From NCBI GenBank assembly GCA_903824595.1, contig CAIJXH010000017.1, forward strand, positions 1 through 49,186: a DNA stretch of 49,186 bases. The letters are read 5' to 3'. The number at the start of each line of letters is the position of its first letter. Positions within the stretch are counted from its first letter, which is position 1. Shown piece by piece: positions 1 to 8,074 of this stretch. A model generated the notes under the pieces. That model was not told the origin of the DNA. It saw only the letters and a program-made list of their open reading frames with translations, and ran no database searches. Made by a program: the position numbers and the translations under genes. Origin of the DNA: an uncultured bacterium. GTDB taxonomy: Bacteria > Patescibacteriota > Minisyncoccia > Phycocordibacterales > UBA2100.

Positions 1-927
1 TATTACGTCACCAAACAGGTGGCTGCTGCAAATGGGCATATGACATATACACCATATGTCCCAGGATCATACGCGTTTACCTTGACGTGTAGTTCTGGGG
101 GTAAAGACGGTTCGCCCACTGCACAGAATCAGGTAACCGTGGATGTCAACAATGGTACGACCCAGCAGGTGTTTCAGACAATCTCCACATCCAAGGCTTC
201 CTACGTTCAAGGTGAACCAATCGCCGTTACGTGGAGAGGATTTGAGAAATCTCACTCGAATGATTCCATTGCTCTTGTGATCGATGGTAAGGCATGGTCT
301 GATTACACTGGTCCTACTGCGAATATGTGGTTCTATACCAAGGATGTGGATAATGGTAGTGGCACCGTCGTAGCTCCATCGCCCGGTACATACGAAGTCG
401 TGTACTTCACCAGAGATGGTTCGTCGGAAGTAGTTCGAAGTTCTCCCATTACGGTTACTGCTGCACCGGTGATTCCTCCGACCATCTCCACCGCCAAAAC
501 CTCTTATGTCCAAGGTGAACCAATCGCCGTTACCATCTCAAATCCCAATCAATCGCTCTACAACGATTGGATCGCGTTCTACGATCCAAACGAAAAAAAC
601 AATGGTGATTACAGTATCAATACGTGGAAAGGCGATTGGGTAACCACCAACGGCACCAAGGTATACAACACGGGATCCGTTGCCTCAAGTGTTACCCTCC
701 AAAGCACGTCTCTCGCTCCTGGTGCCTACCAAATCCGTCTTGTTGATTGCAATTCCAAAGCAACGGTCGCTACGGCATCGGTGACGATTGCGGCGCCTGT
801 TTCTGCAGCCAGTGCGGGGAGTAATCTCGCGGCTGTTGGTGGTTCTGTCGATCTTGCACGTATTCAGTCGACACTCAAATCGTTGCAAGCCGCTCTTGAA
901 GCTATTGCTGCACAAAGAGGACAGTAA
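1..927 (+). CDS. Surface/secreted protein, C-terminal part (5' end outside window), with two tandem Ig/Fn3-like domains and a C-terminal amphipathic helix
   Basis: Frame is open from base 1. The motif TISTxKxSYVQGEPIAVT is duplicated. The protein is S/T/G/V-rich and ends in NLAAV...LKSLQAALEAI, a tail style seen in Parcubacteria surface proteins. Confidence 0.75.
   Translation, partial: YYVTKQVAAANGHMTYTPYVPGSYAFTLTCSSGGKDGSPTAQNQVTVDVNNGTTQQVFQTISTSKASYVQGEPIAVTWRGFEKSHSNDSIALVIDGKAWSDYTGPTANMWFYTKDVDNGSGTVVAPSPGTYEVVYFTRDGSSEVVRSSPITVTAAPVIPPTISTAKTSYVQGEPIAVTISNPNQSLYNDWIAFYDPNEKNNGDYSINTWKGDWVTTNGTKVYNTGSVASSVTLQSTSLAPGAYQIRLVDCNSKATVATASVTIAAPVSAASAGSNLAAVGGSVDLARIQSTLKSLQAALEAIAAQRGQ
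178..533 (+). repeat. Intragenic domain duplication (178-230 and 481-533)
   Basis: An identical 23-mer caaggtgaaccaatcgccgttac occurs at 208-230 and 511-533 within longer similar segments. Confidence 0.85.
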
Positions 928-950
928 ATGCAGGGTGAGTATGTATGGAG

Positions 951-978
951 AGGCGATGACCGTTGCGTGTCATCGCCT
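951..978. terminator. Stem-loop between convergent genes
   Basis: aggcgatgac-N8-gtcatcgcct perfect 10-bp stem between stops at 927 (+) and 987 (-). Confidence 0.6.
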
Positions 979-986
979 TTCTCAAT

Positions 987-1970
987 TTAGATTTTCACAC
1001 ACGCGATGGTGTTGGCGATTGCCATTGCGTTGGCTGGAGCGACGCGAGTTATGTGTGGTGCGGCGTCGACGGCGGCGGTGGCGATGATGGGAAGCCCTGC
1101 TTCAGCGGCTTCAAGGAGAACGTAGGGCGCACCTTCTTTGAGAGAGGGGAGAAGAAATATATCGAACGCCTTCAGGTATGTGGCGGCATCGGGGACGAAA
1201 CCAAGGAAGTGGACGCGATCGGCGACGCCGCACTCCTTTGCTTTGCATTGGAGCGCGACTCTTTCTTCTCCGTCACCCATGATGAAATACTCGACGCACG
1301 TGCCGCGTTCTTTGAGAATCGCGACTGCCTCAATCGCGTAGCGGATGCCTTTGTTGGGCGTGAGTTCGGCGATGGTGATGATGCGTGGCGCCGATGTGTT
1401 GAGAGAAAGTATGAAAGATGATTTTTCTCGTGTGAGGAATGCTGGGGGTTCAATCGCAAGGGGAATGTAGCGCGCCCTTCGTCCGACAAGCCACATCTTC
1501 TTGCCGATCTCCTCGTCCTTTTTTGAAATGACGATCACTTCATGCGCGAGGAGCGCTGTTGCCCAGCTGATCGCGTAGATTGCGCATCGGGTGAATGCGC
1601 TACGCGGCTCTTTGAACGGCCATCCGTGTGCGGTGAACACGATCTTTTTGACGCCACACATACGTCCTGCGAGTGCGCCAAGCGCGGCAGCTTTGGAGCT
1701 GTTGAGATGCAGTACGTCTGGCCTTATCGTACGGATGCAGCGCACTATTTCTAAAAAACTCTTTATGTCGGACAGAGTGGATACATCGCGCACCAGCGAG
1801 GGAATAGCGTACGTTTCGATTCCGTCTTTGGCGAGCATCTCCGAAAGTCGCCCTGCAGTACCGTAAGCAACGACGGGCACCACTCCTTCAGGGGCACGGG
1901 TCGTCATGTCCCATACATAGCGTTGCGCACCGCCCCACGTGGCTTTGGTGATGAGGTATAGAATCTTCAT
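987..1970 (-). CDS. Glycosyltransferase family 4 (GT-B)
   Basis: MKILYLITKATWGGAQRY, PDVLHLNSSKA, FTAHGW, ELTPNKG and FLLPSLKEGAPYVLLEA (EX7E) motifs. Start moved to ATG 1970. Confidence 0.9.
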   Translation of the reverse strand: MKILYLITKATWGGAQRYVWDMTTRAPEGVVPVVAYGTAGRLSEMLAKDGIETYAIPSLVRDVSTLSDIKSFLEIVRCIRTIRPDVLHLNSSKAAALGALAGRMCGVKKIVFTAHGWPFKEPRSAFTRCAIYAISWATALLAHEVIVISKKDEEIGKKMWLVGRRARYIPLAIEPPAFLTREKSSFILSLNTSAPRIITIAELTPNKGIRYAIEAVAILKERGTCVEYFIMGDGEERVALQCKAKECGVADRVHFLGFVPDAATYLKAFDIFLLPSLKEGAPYVLLEAAEAGLPIIATAAVDAAPHITRVAPANAMAIANTIACVKI

Positions 1971-2012
1971 GCTTGTGGCTGATCGTGTTTTGTGGCACGA
2001 TTGCCTCATTGT

Positions 2013-3374
2013 ATGACGCTTGTTCCTCAGAGGGAATACCTTGTTCTCTTGATTGGTGATGCGTGTGTGTTTGTGGCGACGCTGTGGATTGCGCTTGCAC
2101 TCCGTGCGTTTACGTTTCCTGCGTGGGATGTGTTCGTGCGGCACCTTGTTCCGTTCTCAATACTGTTCATTGCGTGGGCGCTTGTGTTTTTTGTCGCGGG
2201 ATTGTATGGGAGACACACGCGGTTGTTTCGGAGTGCGCTGCCGTCAAAGATTCTCTATGCGCTTTTGTGCAATATCTTGCTCGCGGCACTCTTTTTCTTT
2301 TTCGTTCCCGTGGGGCTTGCGCCGAAAACAATTCTCGTACTGTATTTGTGCGTCGCGTTTCCGTTGATTTATGTATGGCGAGTTATTGTGTTTACTCGAT
2401 TGCCGCGCTCATTCTCTGGCAAGAAACTTCGCGGAATTCTCATTGCATCTGGTCCCGATGCACGAGAGCTCTCTGAAGAAGTGGCGAGCGACGCACGGTA
2501 TCCATTCGCGTTTGAATATGTGATAGACACGGCGCATACGCCTTCGCATGAAATCATCGAACGTTCGTGTCGTCTTGCGCAGGAAGATGATATGACGTTT
2601 CTTGTGGTTGATTTTTCTGATAAAGCGTTTGTTGCGGCGCAGCCGATTATTTACGATGCGGCATTTCGCAAGCGCAGGTTTGCGATCATTGATATCGTGG
2701 AGTTGTACCAAGAAGTGTTTGAGCGTGTGCCGCTCTCACTCGTCCAATATGAATGGATTCTGTCGCGCGTATCATCTTCTCGCGTGTATGGAGCGCTCAA
2801 GCGCGTTATAGACGTCGTGGGCGCCTTGCTTATTGGCGCGTGTTCTTTGCCCCTGTATCCATTGGTTATGCTTTTCATTTGGGTCGATGATCGCGGCGAG
2901 TATTTCATCGTGCAAAAGCGCGTTGGTCGCTACGAACGTCCGATGAGTATTGTGAAATTCCGTACCATGACAGGTAATGATATGGGCAATTATGGCGCGG
3001 ACGGAAAATCAAAATTGCGTGTGACGCGCGTGGGCAAATGGCTACGCATGCTTCGCATCGACGAATTGCCACAGGTGTGGAACGTGCTCAAGGGAGATTT
3101 GTCGCTGGTCGGACCTCGACCTGAATTGCCGTCGCTCGCGCGCGAATATAGTGCTCATATCCCTTACTACAACGCGCGATATCTCATTACGCCCGGGCTT
3201 ATGGGGTGGGCGCAGCTCAAGCACGACCGAGATCCGCATCACGGCACTGATATTGTTGAAACGAGGAACAAGCTCGCGCACGATCTCTTCTATCTTCGTC
3301 ATCGCTCGCTTCTTCTTGATGTGTATATTATCCTTCAAACAATCCGTGTTGTCCTTTCGGCGCGCGGATCGTGA
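2013..3374 (+). CDS. Polyprenyl-phosphate sugar phosphotransferase (exopolysaccharide initiating sugar transferase, WcaJ/WbaP type)
   Basis: N-terminal TM helices plus KRVID, KFRTM, LRIDELPQVWNVLKGDLSLVGPRPE and PGLMGWAQ motifs. Confidence 0.93.
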   Translation: MTLVPQREYLVLLIGDACVFVATLWIALALRAFTFPAWDVFVRHLVPFSILFIAWALVFFVAGLYGRHTRLFRSALPSKILYALLCNILLAALFFFFVPVGLAPKTILVLYLCVAFPLIYVWRVIVFTRLPRSFSGKKLRGILIASGPDARELSEEVASDARYPFAFEYVIDTAHTPSHEIIERSCRLAQEDDMTFLVVDFSDKAFVAAQPIIYDAAFRKRRFAIIDIVELYQEVFERVPLSLVQYEWILSRVSSSRVYGALKRVIDVVGALLIGACSLPLYPLVMLFIWVDDRGEYFIVQKRVGRYERPMSIVKFRTMTGNDMGNYGADGKSKLRVTRVGKWLRMLRIDELPQVWNVLKGDLSLVGPRPELPSLAREYSAHIPYYNARYLITPGLMGWAQLKHDRDPHHGTDIVETRNKLAHDLFYLRHRSLLLDVYIILQTIRVVLSARGS

Positions 3375-3477
3375 TGTTACGAGCATAGACGACACTTCTT
3401 GAATTCTTCGGTCTCTCGTTCTCCAAAATCCCCACATCCGCCAATGGGGGCGGTAGAAATGCGATATACTAATCAGC

Positions 3478-3639
3478 ATGCAATGGCTTGTCACTGGTCT
3501 GTTTGCGATACCGATCTCCATCGGCGTGTTCGCGGGAGCGATGCCGCTGCTGTATCATGCTGTGCTACAAGGTAGCAACAGTCAGCAAGTCGCGGCGGCT
3601 TCGGAATTCAAAAATCCTGCGGGGGGGGGCGACTCATAG
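3478..3639 (+). CDS. 53-aa N-terminal membrane-anchor segment of the DGR target gene, out of frame at a G9 tract
   Basis: Not in the ORF track. Reads MQWLVTGLFAIPISIGVFAGAMPLLYHAVLQGSNSQQVAAASEFKNPAGGGDS*, with TATACT at 3465-3470 7 nt before the ATG. One extra G joins it in frame to 3744..5657. Confidence 0.75.
   Translation: MQWLVTGLFAIPISIGVFAGAMPLLYHAVLQGSNSQQVAAASEFKNPAGGGDS
3621..3629 (+). repeat. G9 homopolymer at the frameshift point (candidate phase-variation switch)
   Basis: cctgc-GGGGGGGGG-cgactc; G10 or G7 restores one continuous ORF. Confidence 0.75.
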
Positions 3640-5657
3640 CATCTTCGTCTCCTGAAAAGAAATCACTCGCATTCACTTCGGCAACGACAACTCCCAAAAG
3701 CGGAGGACAGACCATTATCAACCAGTATCCCGTCATCGAACGCGTGGAACACCTCAACACCATCACCACGCAAAGCGGCGTTACGCCATCCGACCTCAAC
3801 GCGCTTGAGAACAAGATGCGCTCGCTCATCTCTCTCCAATCCTCCCAACAAGGTGCGCAGACCGCCGCCGTCTCTCAAATGGTCTCCCAATCCCAGAGAA
3901 TAGACAACTTGAGCAATACCACTATCCAAAATCCCACAATCACCGGCGGCTCCATCACGGCCGCTTCTATCGCGGGCACCATCGTCAATGCGATCAACAC
4001 CGACGCCGCGACCATCGACAATCTCACGTCCAACACCGTCACCGCCAGCAATGGCACCTTCACCTACGCCACGACCACGAATCTCGTCGCAACGAATGCA
4101 ACGACCACCAACCTCTCTGCGGTATACGCGTCTTCCGTCCTCTCCACAATCGGCACCCTGAATCTCACCAACGCACTCACACCAGGGAACGGCGGCACCG
4201 GCACCTCGACCCCCGCCTCCCTCGGCAACCTCCTCTCCTGGAACGGCACCACCTACCAAGGCGTCGCCACCTCCTCACTCTTCAACACCGCCAACACCAG
4301 CGTCTCCGGCCTCCTCTCTGCCACCGACTGGAACACCTTCAATGGGAAGCAAGCTGCCGGCTCCTACCTCACCGCTCTCACCGGCGATATCACTGCGACC
4401 GGACCTGGATCAGCGGTAGCAACCTTGGCGATGAACGTCTCCCACTGGTGGACTGCTCTGCAAAACTTCGGCAACGCCAGCACCTCCATGCTCACTGCCA
4501 CCAGTACCGTGTGGTTCACGTCGCTCGCCACTCCCACCGGCACCTTTTTGGCGGTAGATACTACAGGGAAGGTGATCGCGACCACCACGCCCGCCAACTA
4601 CTTCACCAATAGCGGCTCCAACACCTACCTCTCTACTGGCATCAATCTCCTCGTCGGCACCACCACGTCGCTCGCTCCCTTAACGATCTTCAAGACAGCC
4701 GCCTCCGCGCAAGAGCGCATCTCGTACGATGCCACCCGCTATGCCGAGCTCTATACCGACGCCTCCGGCGCGCTCAATCTCAGCGCGACCGGTGCCATCC
4801 TCAACATGCTCAACGGCAACATGTATCTCTGCGACGGCGGCGCGTGCCCGACCACGCCCGTGCAGGGCTACCCGACGTTCGCGAGCCAGGGCAATCTCGT
4901 CTTGGGCAATGCGCTCTATACAAATGCAGTAAATCCGGCTACCTGTCCCTCTGGCATGATTCCCGTACCCGCCTCGCCCGCAAATGGTCAGCAGGGATTC
5001 TGCGTGGACAAATACGAAGCGCAATCATCAAGCGGCAATGAGGTATCGGTGCAAGGCGGCTCGCCGTGGGTATCCATCGCGCAGACCAGCGCGAGAGCCG
5101 AATGCAAGCGCGCCGGCAAGCACCTCATCACGGAGAAAGAGTGGCAGGCGATTGCAAATGATGTCGAGAATGTCGGGTTCAACTGGAACGGCGGTGTCGT
5201 CGGCACCAACCAAATGAGCGACGGTCATTCCGACAACAGCCCCTCATCCGCGCTCGCGACCGCCGCCGACTCCTCGCCCTGCTCTGACACCGGCCAGACC
5301 TGCGACCTTAGTACATGGAACAGCCAACGTCGCGTGTACAAATTATCAAATGGGCAATACATCTGGGACTTCGGCGGCAATGTCTGGGAATGGGTGGATC
5401 AGACGGTTACCAATGACTATCCAATCGTCAACAGCGCGGCGGCTGGATGGCAGGCATGCTCCACAAGCGGCGACGGCGTCTGCGGCAACACGCGCACCAC
5501 CAACGACCAATGGTACCGAGGCGGTTTTGCCACCATTGCGGGCTTCATCCGCGGCGGCAATTGGAACGATGGCGCGATCGATGGTGCGTTCGCGCTGGGT
5601 CTGAACAATTCGCCGTCCGCTGTGGGCACGTCCCTTGGGTTTCGGTGCTCTCGTTGA
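3630..5657 (+). CDS. DGR target-type surface protein: Thr/Asn-rich tail-fibre-like stalk plus C-terminal CLec-fold (FGE-sulfatase) domain
   Basis: Frame is open from the G tract to 5657 (ORF track starts it at GTG 3744). Motifs: CPSGMIPVP, FCVDKYEA, HLITEKEW, IWDFGGNVWEWV, IRGGNW...LGFRCSR*. Confidence 0.88.
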   Translation, partial: RLIASSSPEKKSLAFTSATTTPKSGGQTIINQYPVIERVEHLNTITTQSGVTPSDLNALENKMRSLISLQSSQQGAQTAAVSQMVSQSQRIDNLSNTTIQNPTITGGSITAASIAGTIVNAINTDAATIDNLTSNTVTASNGTFTYATTTNLVATNATTTNLSAVYASSVLSTIGTLNLTNALTPGNGGTGTSTPASLGNLLSWNGTTYQGVATSSLFNTANTSVSGLLSATDWNTFNGKQAAGSYLTALTGDITATGPGSAVATLAMNVSHWWTALQNFGNASTSMLTATSTVWFTSLATPTGTFLAVDTTGKVIATTTPANYFTNSGSNTYLSTGINLLVGTTTSLAPLTIFKTAASAQERISYDATRYAELYTDASGALNLSATGAILNMLNGNMYLCDGGACPTTPVQGYPTFASQGNLVLGNALYTNAVNPATCPSGMIPVPASPANGQQGFCVDKYEAQSSSGNEVSVQGGSPWVSIAQTSARAECKRAGKHLITEKEWQAIANDVENVGFNWNGGVVGTNQMSDGHSDNSPSSALATAADSSPCSDTGQTCDLSTWNSQRRVYKLSNGQYIWDFGGNVWEWVDQTVTNDYPIVNSAAAGWQACSTSGDGVCGNTRTTNDQWYRGGFATIAGFIRGGNWNDGAIDGAFALGLNNSPSAVGTSLGFRCSR
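5550..5657 (+). other. Predicted DGR variable region (VR) and 3' IMH-containing end
   Basis: RGGNWNDGAIDGAFALGLNNSPSAVGTSLGFRCSR*. Codons at the positions expected to vary (aat, aac, gat, atc, ggt, aac, aat, gct, ggc, tcc, ctt) all end in C/T, as expected for derivatives of AAY/ATY template codons. Confidence 0.75.
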
Positions 5658-5671
5658 AGGGGTTACTCTAC

Positions 5672-5700
5672 AATCTTGAATCTATCAATCTATAATCTTG
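5672..5700 (+). repeat. Short tandem 7-8 nt repeat (AATCT core x4)
   Basis: aatcttg aatctatc aatctat aatcttg. Confidence 0.7.
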
Positions 5701-5730
5701 CATTTTGTATCTTCTTCAATCTCTTCCGCT

Positions 5731-5916
5731 ATGTTGCACGACCTCCAAATCTTCCAGAAATCGTATACATTCCTCTTCTGGATAAAACAGGTTACGCAAA
5801 AATTCGCCAAGGCGCACAAGTACGCGCTCGCCACGCGGATTCTTTCTGTCTTCGGCGATCTATGGAAAGTCGGCTCGGGCTTCCGCCCGGTAGCATTGCG
5901 TGAATATTTGACGTGA
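5731..5916 (+). pseudogene. avd: Truncated DGR accessory variability determinant (Avd / four-helix-bundle family); resemblance ends after about 37 aa
   Basis: MLHDLQIFQKSYTFLFWIKQVTQKFAKAHKYALATRI matches the Avd N-terminal pattern LxIFQKxYxxxxW...KFPKxxKYxLxxRI. Unrelated sequence and an early stop follow. It lies directly after the VR-bearing gene. Confidence 0.75.
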
Positions 5917-5930
5917 TATAATCGGATGGT

Positions 5931-6296
5931 ATGAAAGAGAAAAGCAAACAGAAAACGGAGGTGCAGGAGTTGTTTGAGTTTATCCGCGAGCACATGCCGC
6001 TGAAAAGCGAGGTGGCGATGAAAGACGATCTTGCACGATTTGCTACGAAAGATGATCTTGTCGCCATAAAAAGCGATATTGTTGCCATGAAAAGCGATAT
6101 TGTTGCCATGAAAAGCGATCTCACTGAACAAATAGAGGACGTCAAACGATTTGTTACTGACAAACTCGAGCAGAACAAAGAAGAGATCATTGACCGTCTC
6201 ACACCGACCGAAAAAGCGGTAGACAAGGATGTCGTCATGGTCTTGGATCACGAACGCCGCATCCGCATTATCGAAAAACAGTATGCGCGGGCCTAA
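5931..6296 (+). CDS. Small coiled-coil protein with heptad repeats (ATKDDL motif)
   Basis: Clean ORF with extended -10 TGATATAAT 8 nt before the ATG; repeated KSDIVAM heptads. Confidence 0.8.
   Translation: MKEKSKQKTEVQELFEFIREHMPLKSEVAMKDDLARFATKDDLVAIKSDIVAMKSDIVAMKSDLTEQIEDVKRFVTDKLEQNKEEIIDRLTPTEKAVDKDVVMVLDHERRIRIIEKQYARA
6063..6119 (+). repeat. 21-bp in-frame tandem repeat (about 2.7 copies)
   Basis: gccat(a/g)aaaagcgatattgtt x2 plus gccatgaaaagcgat. Confidence 0.9.
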
Positions 6297-6308
6297 TCAT
6301 ATTGAACT

Positions 6309-7115
6309 ATGAAGAGCGAACTTATTAAACGAGCCGTTCACTTCCTCGCCTACAACAACGCGACGGTCGTCGCGCTGGGATTGGTGCTCATCGGCGGGTC
6401 GGCGTTTGCCGCGACGACTGCGTTTACGCCGGAGAACATTCCGCCGGTACCGTCCGTTTTCTCTGCGATTGCTTCCGCGTCGGAGCCGATGGACGCGAGC
6501 ATCCTACTTTCCGCCGACCTTGCCGCGTTTGATTTCGGGACGAAGATCACCGGCGTTTCGGAAACCGACGCGCAGTATGTCGTGAATTATTCTTTGCAAA
6601 CGCTCGCACCAGAAGATGGTGCATGGCGAGGAAGTGAGCGCGATGGCAGTTTCTCCGTCGGGAAAGACGCACTCGGCGATGGTGGGCTTGCTGGATACGC
6701 GCGAGAGAAACTACTGGACATCGAAAACGGCGAGCGTGCATACCTCGCGAGAGCGAAAGAAGCGGAGCAGAAGATCGCCGACGAGCGATCATCTCGTCCG
6801 GCAAATGCTTTCGCTGGTCTCGTCGGACTTTCGCTTGATCAGATTCCCGAGCCGGTCGTCGTGAAGCCCATGCCGGAGCCGGTGCCCGATGTCGCGCTTC
6901 CAATCTCCGCGCCTTCGGTTGTCATGCCAGAGTCGACTTCCGAGTCCGTTTCTGTCGAAACGACGCCCTCCGCGCTTTCGTCTACAGAAGGCGCCGCGAC
7001 GACCACACAGGATATTATTTCTGTCGCGACAACCTCGCCTTCCGATTCAGAAACTGGTTCGTCAGATGCTACGAGTTCGACTCCGCCCGAAGGCGCGACA
7101 TCCGTCACGCTGTAA
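6309..7115 (+). CDS. Membrane-anchored/secreted hypothetical protein with a P/S/T-rich disordered tail
   Basis: N-terminal hydrophobic segment ending AFA; low-complexity C-terminus. Confidence 0.8.
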   Translation: MKSELIKRAVHFLAYNNATVVALGLVLIGGSAFAATTAFTPENIPPVPSVFSAIASASEPMDASILLSADLAAFDFGTKITGVSETDAQYVVNYSLQTLAPEDGAWRGSERDGSFSVGKDALGDGGLAGYAREKLLDIENGERAYLARAKEAEQKIADERSSRPANAFAGLVGLSLDQIPEPVVVKPMPEPVPDVALPISAPSVVMPESTSESVSVETTPSALSSTEGAATTTQDIISVATTSPSDSETGSSDATSSTPPEGATSVTL

Positions 7116-7165
7116 AAGAAAAACAACGCCTCGCACGTTTTCACTCCACGGGGTAGTATAGGAAG

Positions 7166-8074
7166 ATGAAGAAAGTCGTAGTAACCGGTGGGGCGGGATT
7201 TGTCGGGAGTAACTTGGTGCGCGAGCTTCTTGCGCAGGGATGGGATGTGCGCAGCGTCGACAACTATTCGGCGGGGAAAATTCCGAGTCGTTTTTTCGAC
7301 GGCGCAACCTACATCGAGGCCGATATACGCGCGACAAAAGACATTGAAAAGGTGTGTATCGGAGCCGACGTGGTGTTTCATACGGCCGCCAAGCCGCGCG
7401 TTCAGTTCTCGATAGACGAGCCGCTCGACACGACCGACAACAACATCACGGGTACCGTGTCGGTGTTGAAGGCTGCAACGGATGCGGGTGTGTCTCGCGT
7501 CGTGTATTCAAGTTCGGGTTCGGCATACGGCGCACAGGAAACGTTGCCGCTCACCGAAGACATGCCTGCCGCGCCGGTACATCCGTATGGTGTGCAAAAG
7601 TACGCCGCGGAACTGTTTGTGAGCATGTGGCCGTCTATCTACAAGCTCGAAACGGTCTCGCTTCGCTATTTCAATATCTATGGTCCTGGCCTTGATCCAA
7701 GCGGTGCATACGCGCTCGCCATCGGACGATTCATCACTGCGCGCAAAGAAGGAAAACCAATCACTATCTATGGCGACGGTACGATCACGCGCGATTTTAC
7801 TCATGTGCGTGACGTGGTGCGTGCCAATATCTTGGCAGCGGAGAGTGGGAAAGTAGGAAAGGGTGAAGTGATCAATATTGGTGCCGGGCGCAACGTTACG
7901 ATACAGAAACTTGCCGAAATGTTTGGAGGCGAGATCGTCTATGGGGCGCCGCGCATTGAAGCACATGATTCACTTGCTAATAATCAAAAGGCTAAAGAGC
8001 TCCTCGGATGGGAGCCGAAAGAAAATCTGGAAGATGGTATCGCAGAATTAAAACAATTATTTGGCATCGCATGA
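7166..8074 (+). CDS. NAD-dependent nucleotide-sugar epimerase/dehydratase (extended SDR)
   Basis: VTGGAGFVGS, YGVQK (YxxxK), LRYFNIYGP and TRDFTHV motifs. Confidence 0.93.
   Translation: MKKVVVTGGAGFVGSNLVRELLAQGWDVRSVDNYSAGKIPSRFFDGATYIEADIRATKDIEKVCIGADVVFHTAAKPRVQFSIDEPLDTTDNNITGTVSVLKAATDAGVSRVVYSSSGSAYGAQETLPLTEDMPAAPVHPYGVQKYAAELFVSMWPSIYKLETVSLRYFNIYGPGLDPSGAYALAIGRFITARKEGKPITIYGDGTITRDFTHVRDVVRANILAAESGKVGKGEVINIGAGRNVTIQKLAEMFGGEIVYGAPRIEAHDSLANNQKAKELLGWEPKENLEDGIAELKQLFGIA

Noticed and set aside
3744-3746. GTG 3744 as the true start of the DGR target
   Set aside because: The frame is open upstream to the G tract, and a promoter plus anchor-encoding start exists at 3478.
3663-4259. 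198-aa minus-strand ORF and other long antisense ORFs (8127-8939, 26980-27936, 43769-44542, 33065-33760)
   Set aside because: They are shadows of well-supported genes on the opposite strand and show no recognisable motifs.
3630-7115. Prophage suggested by tail-fibre-like motifs and DGR parts
   Set aside because: There are no capsid, terminase, portal or integrase genes, and the flanks are cell-envelope and housekeeping genes.
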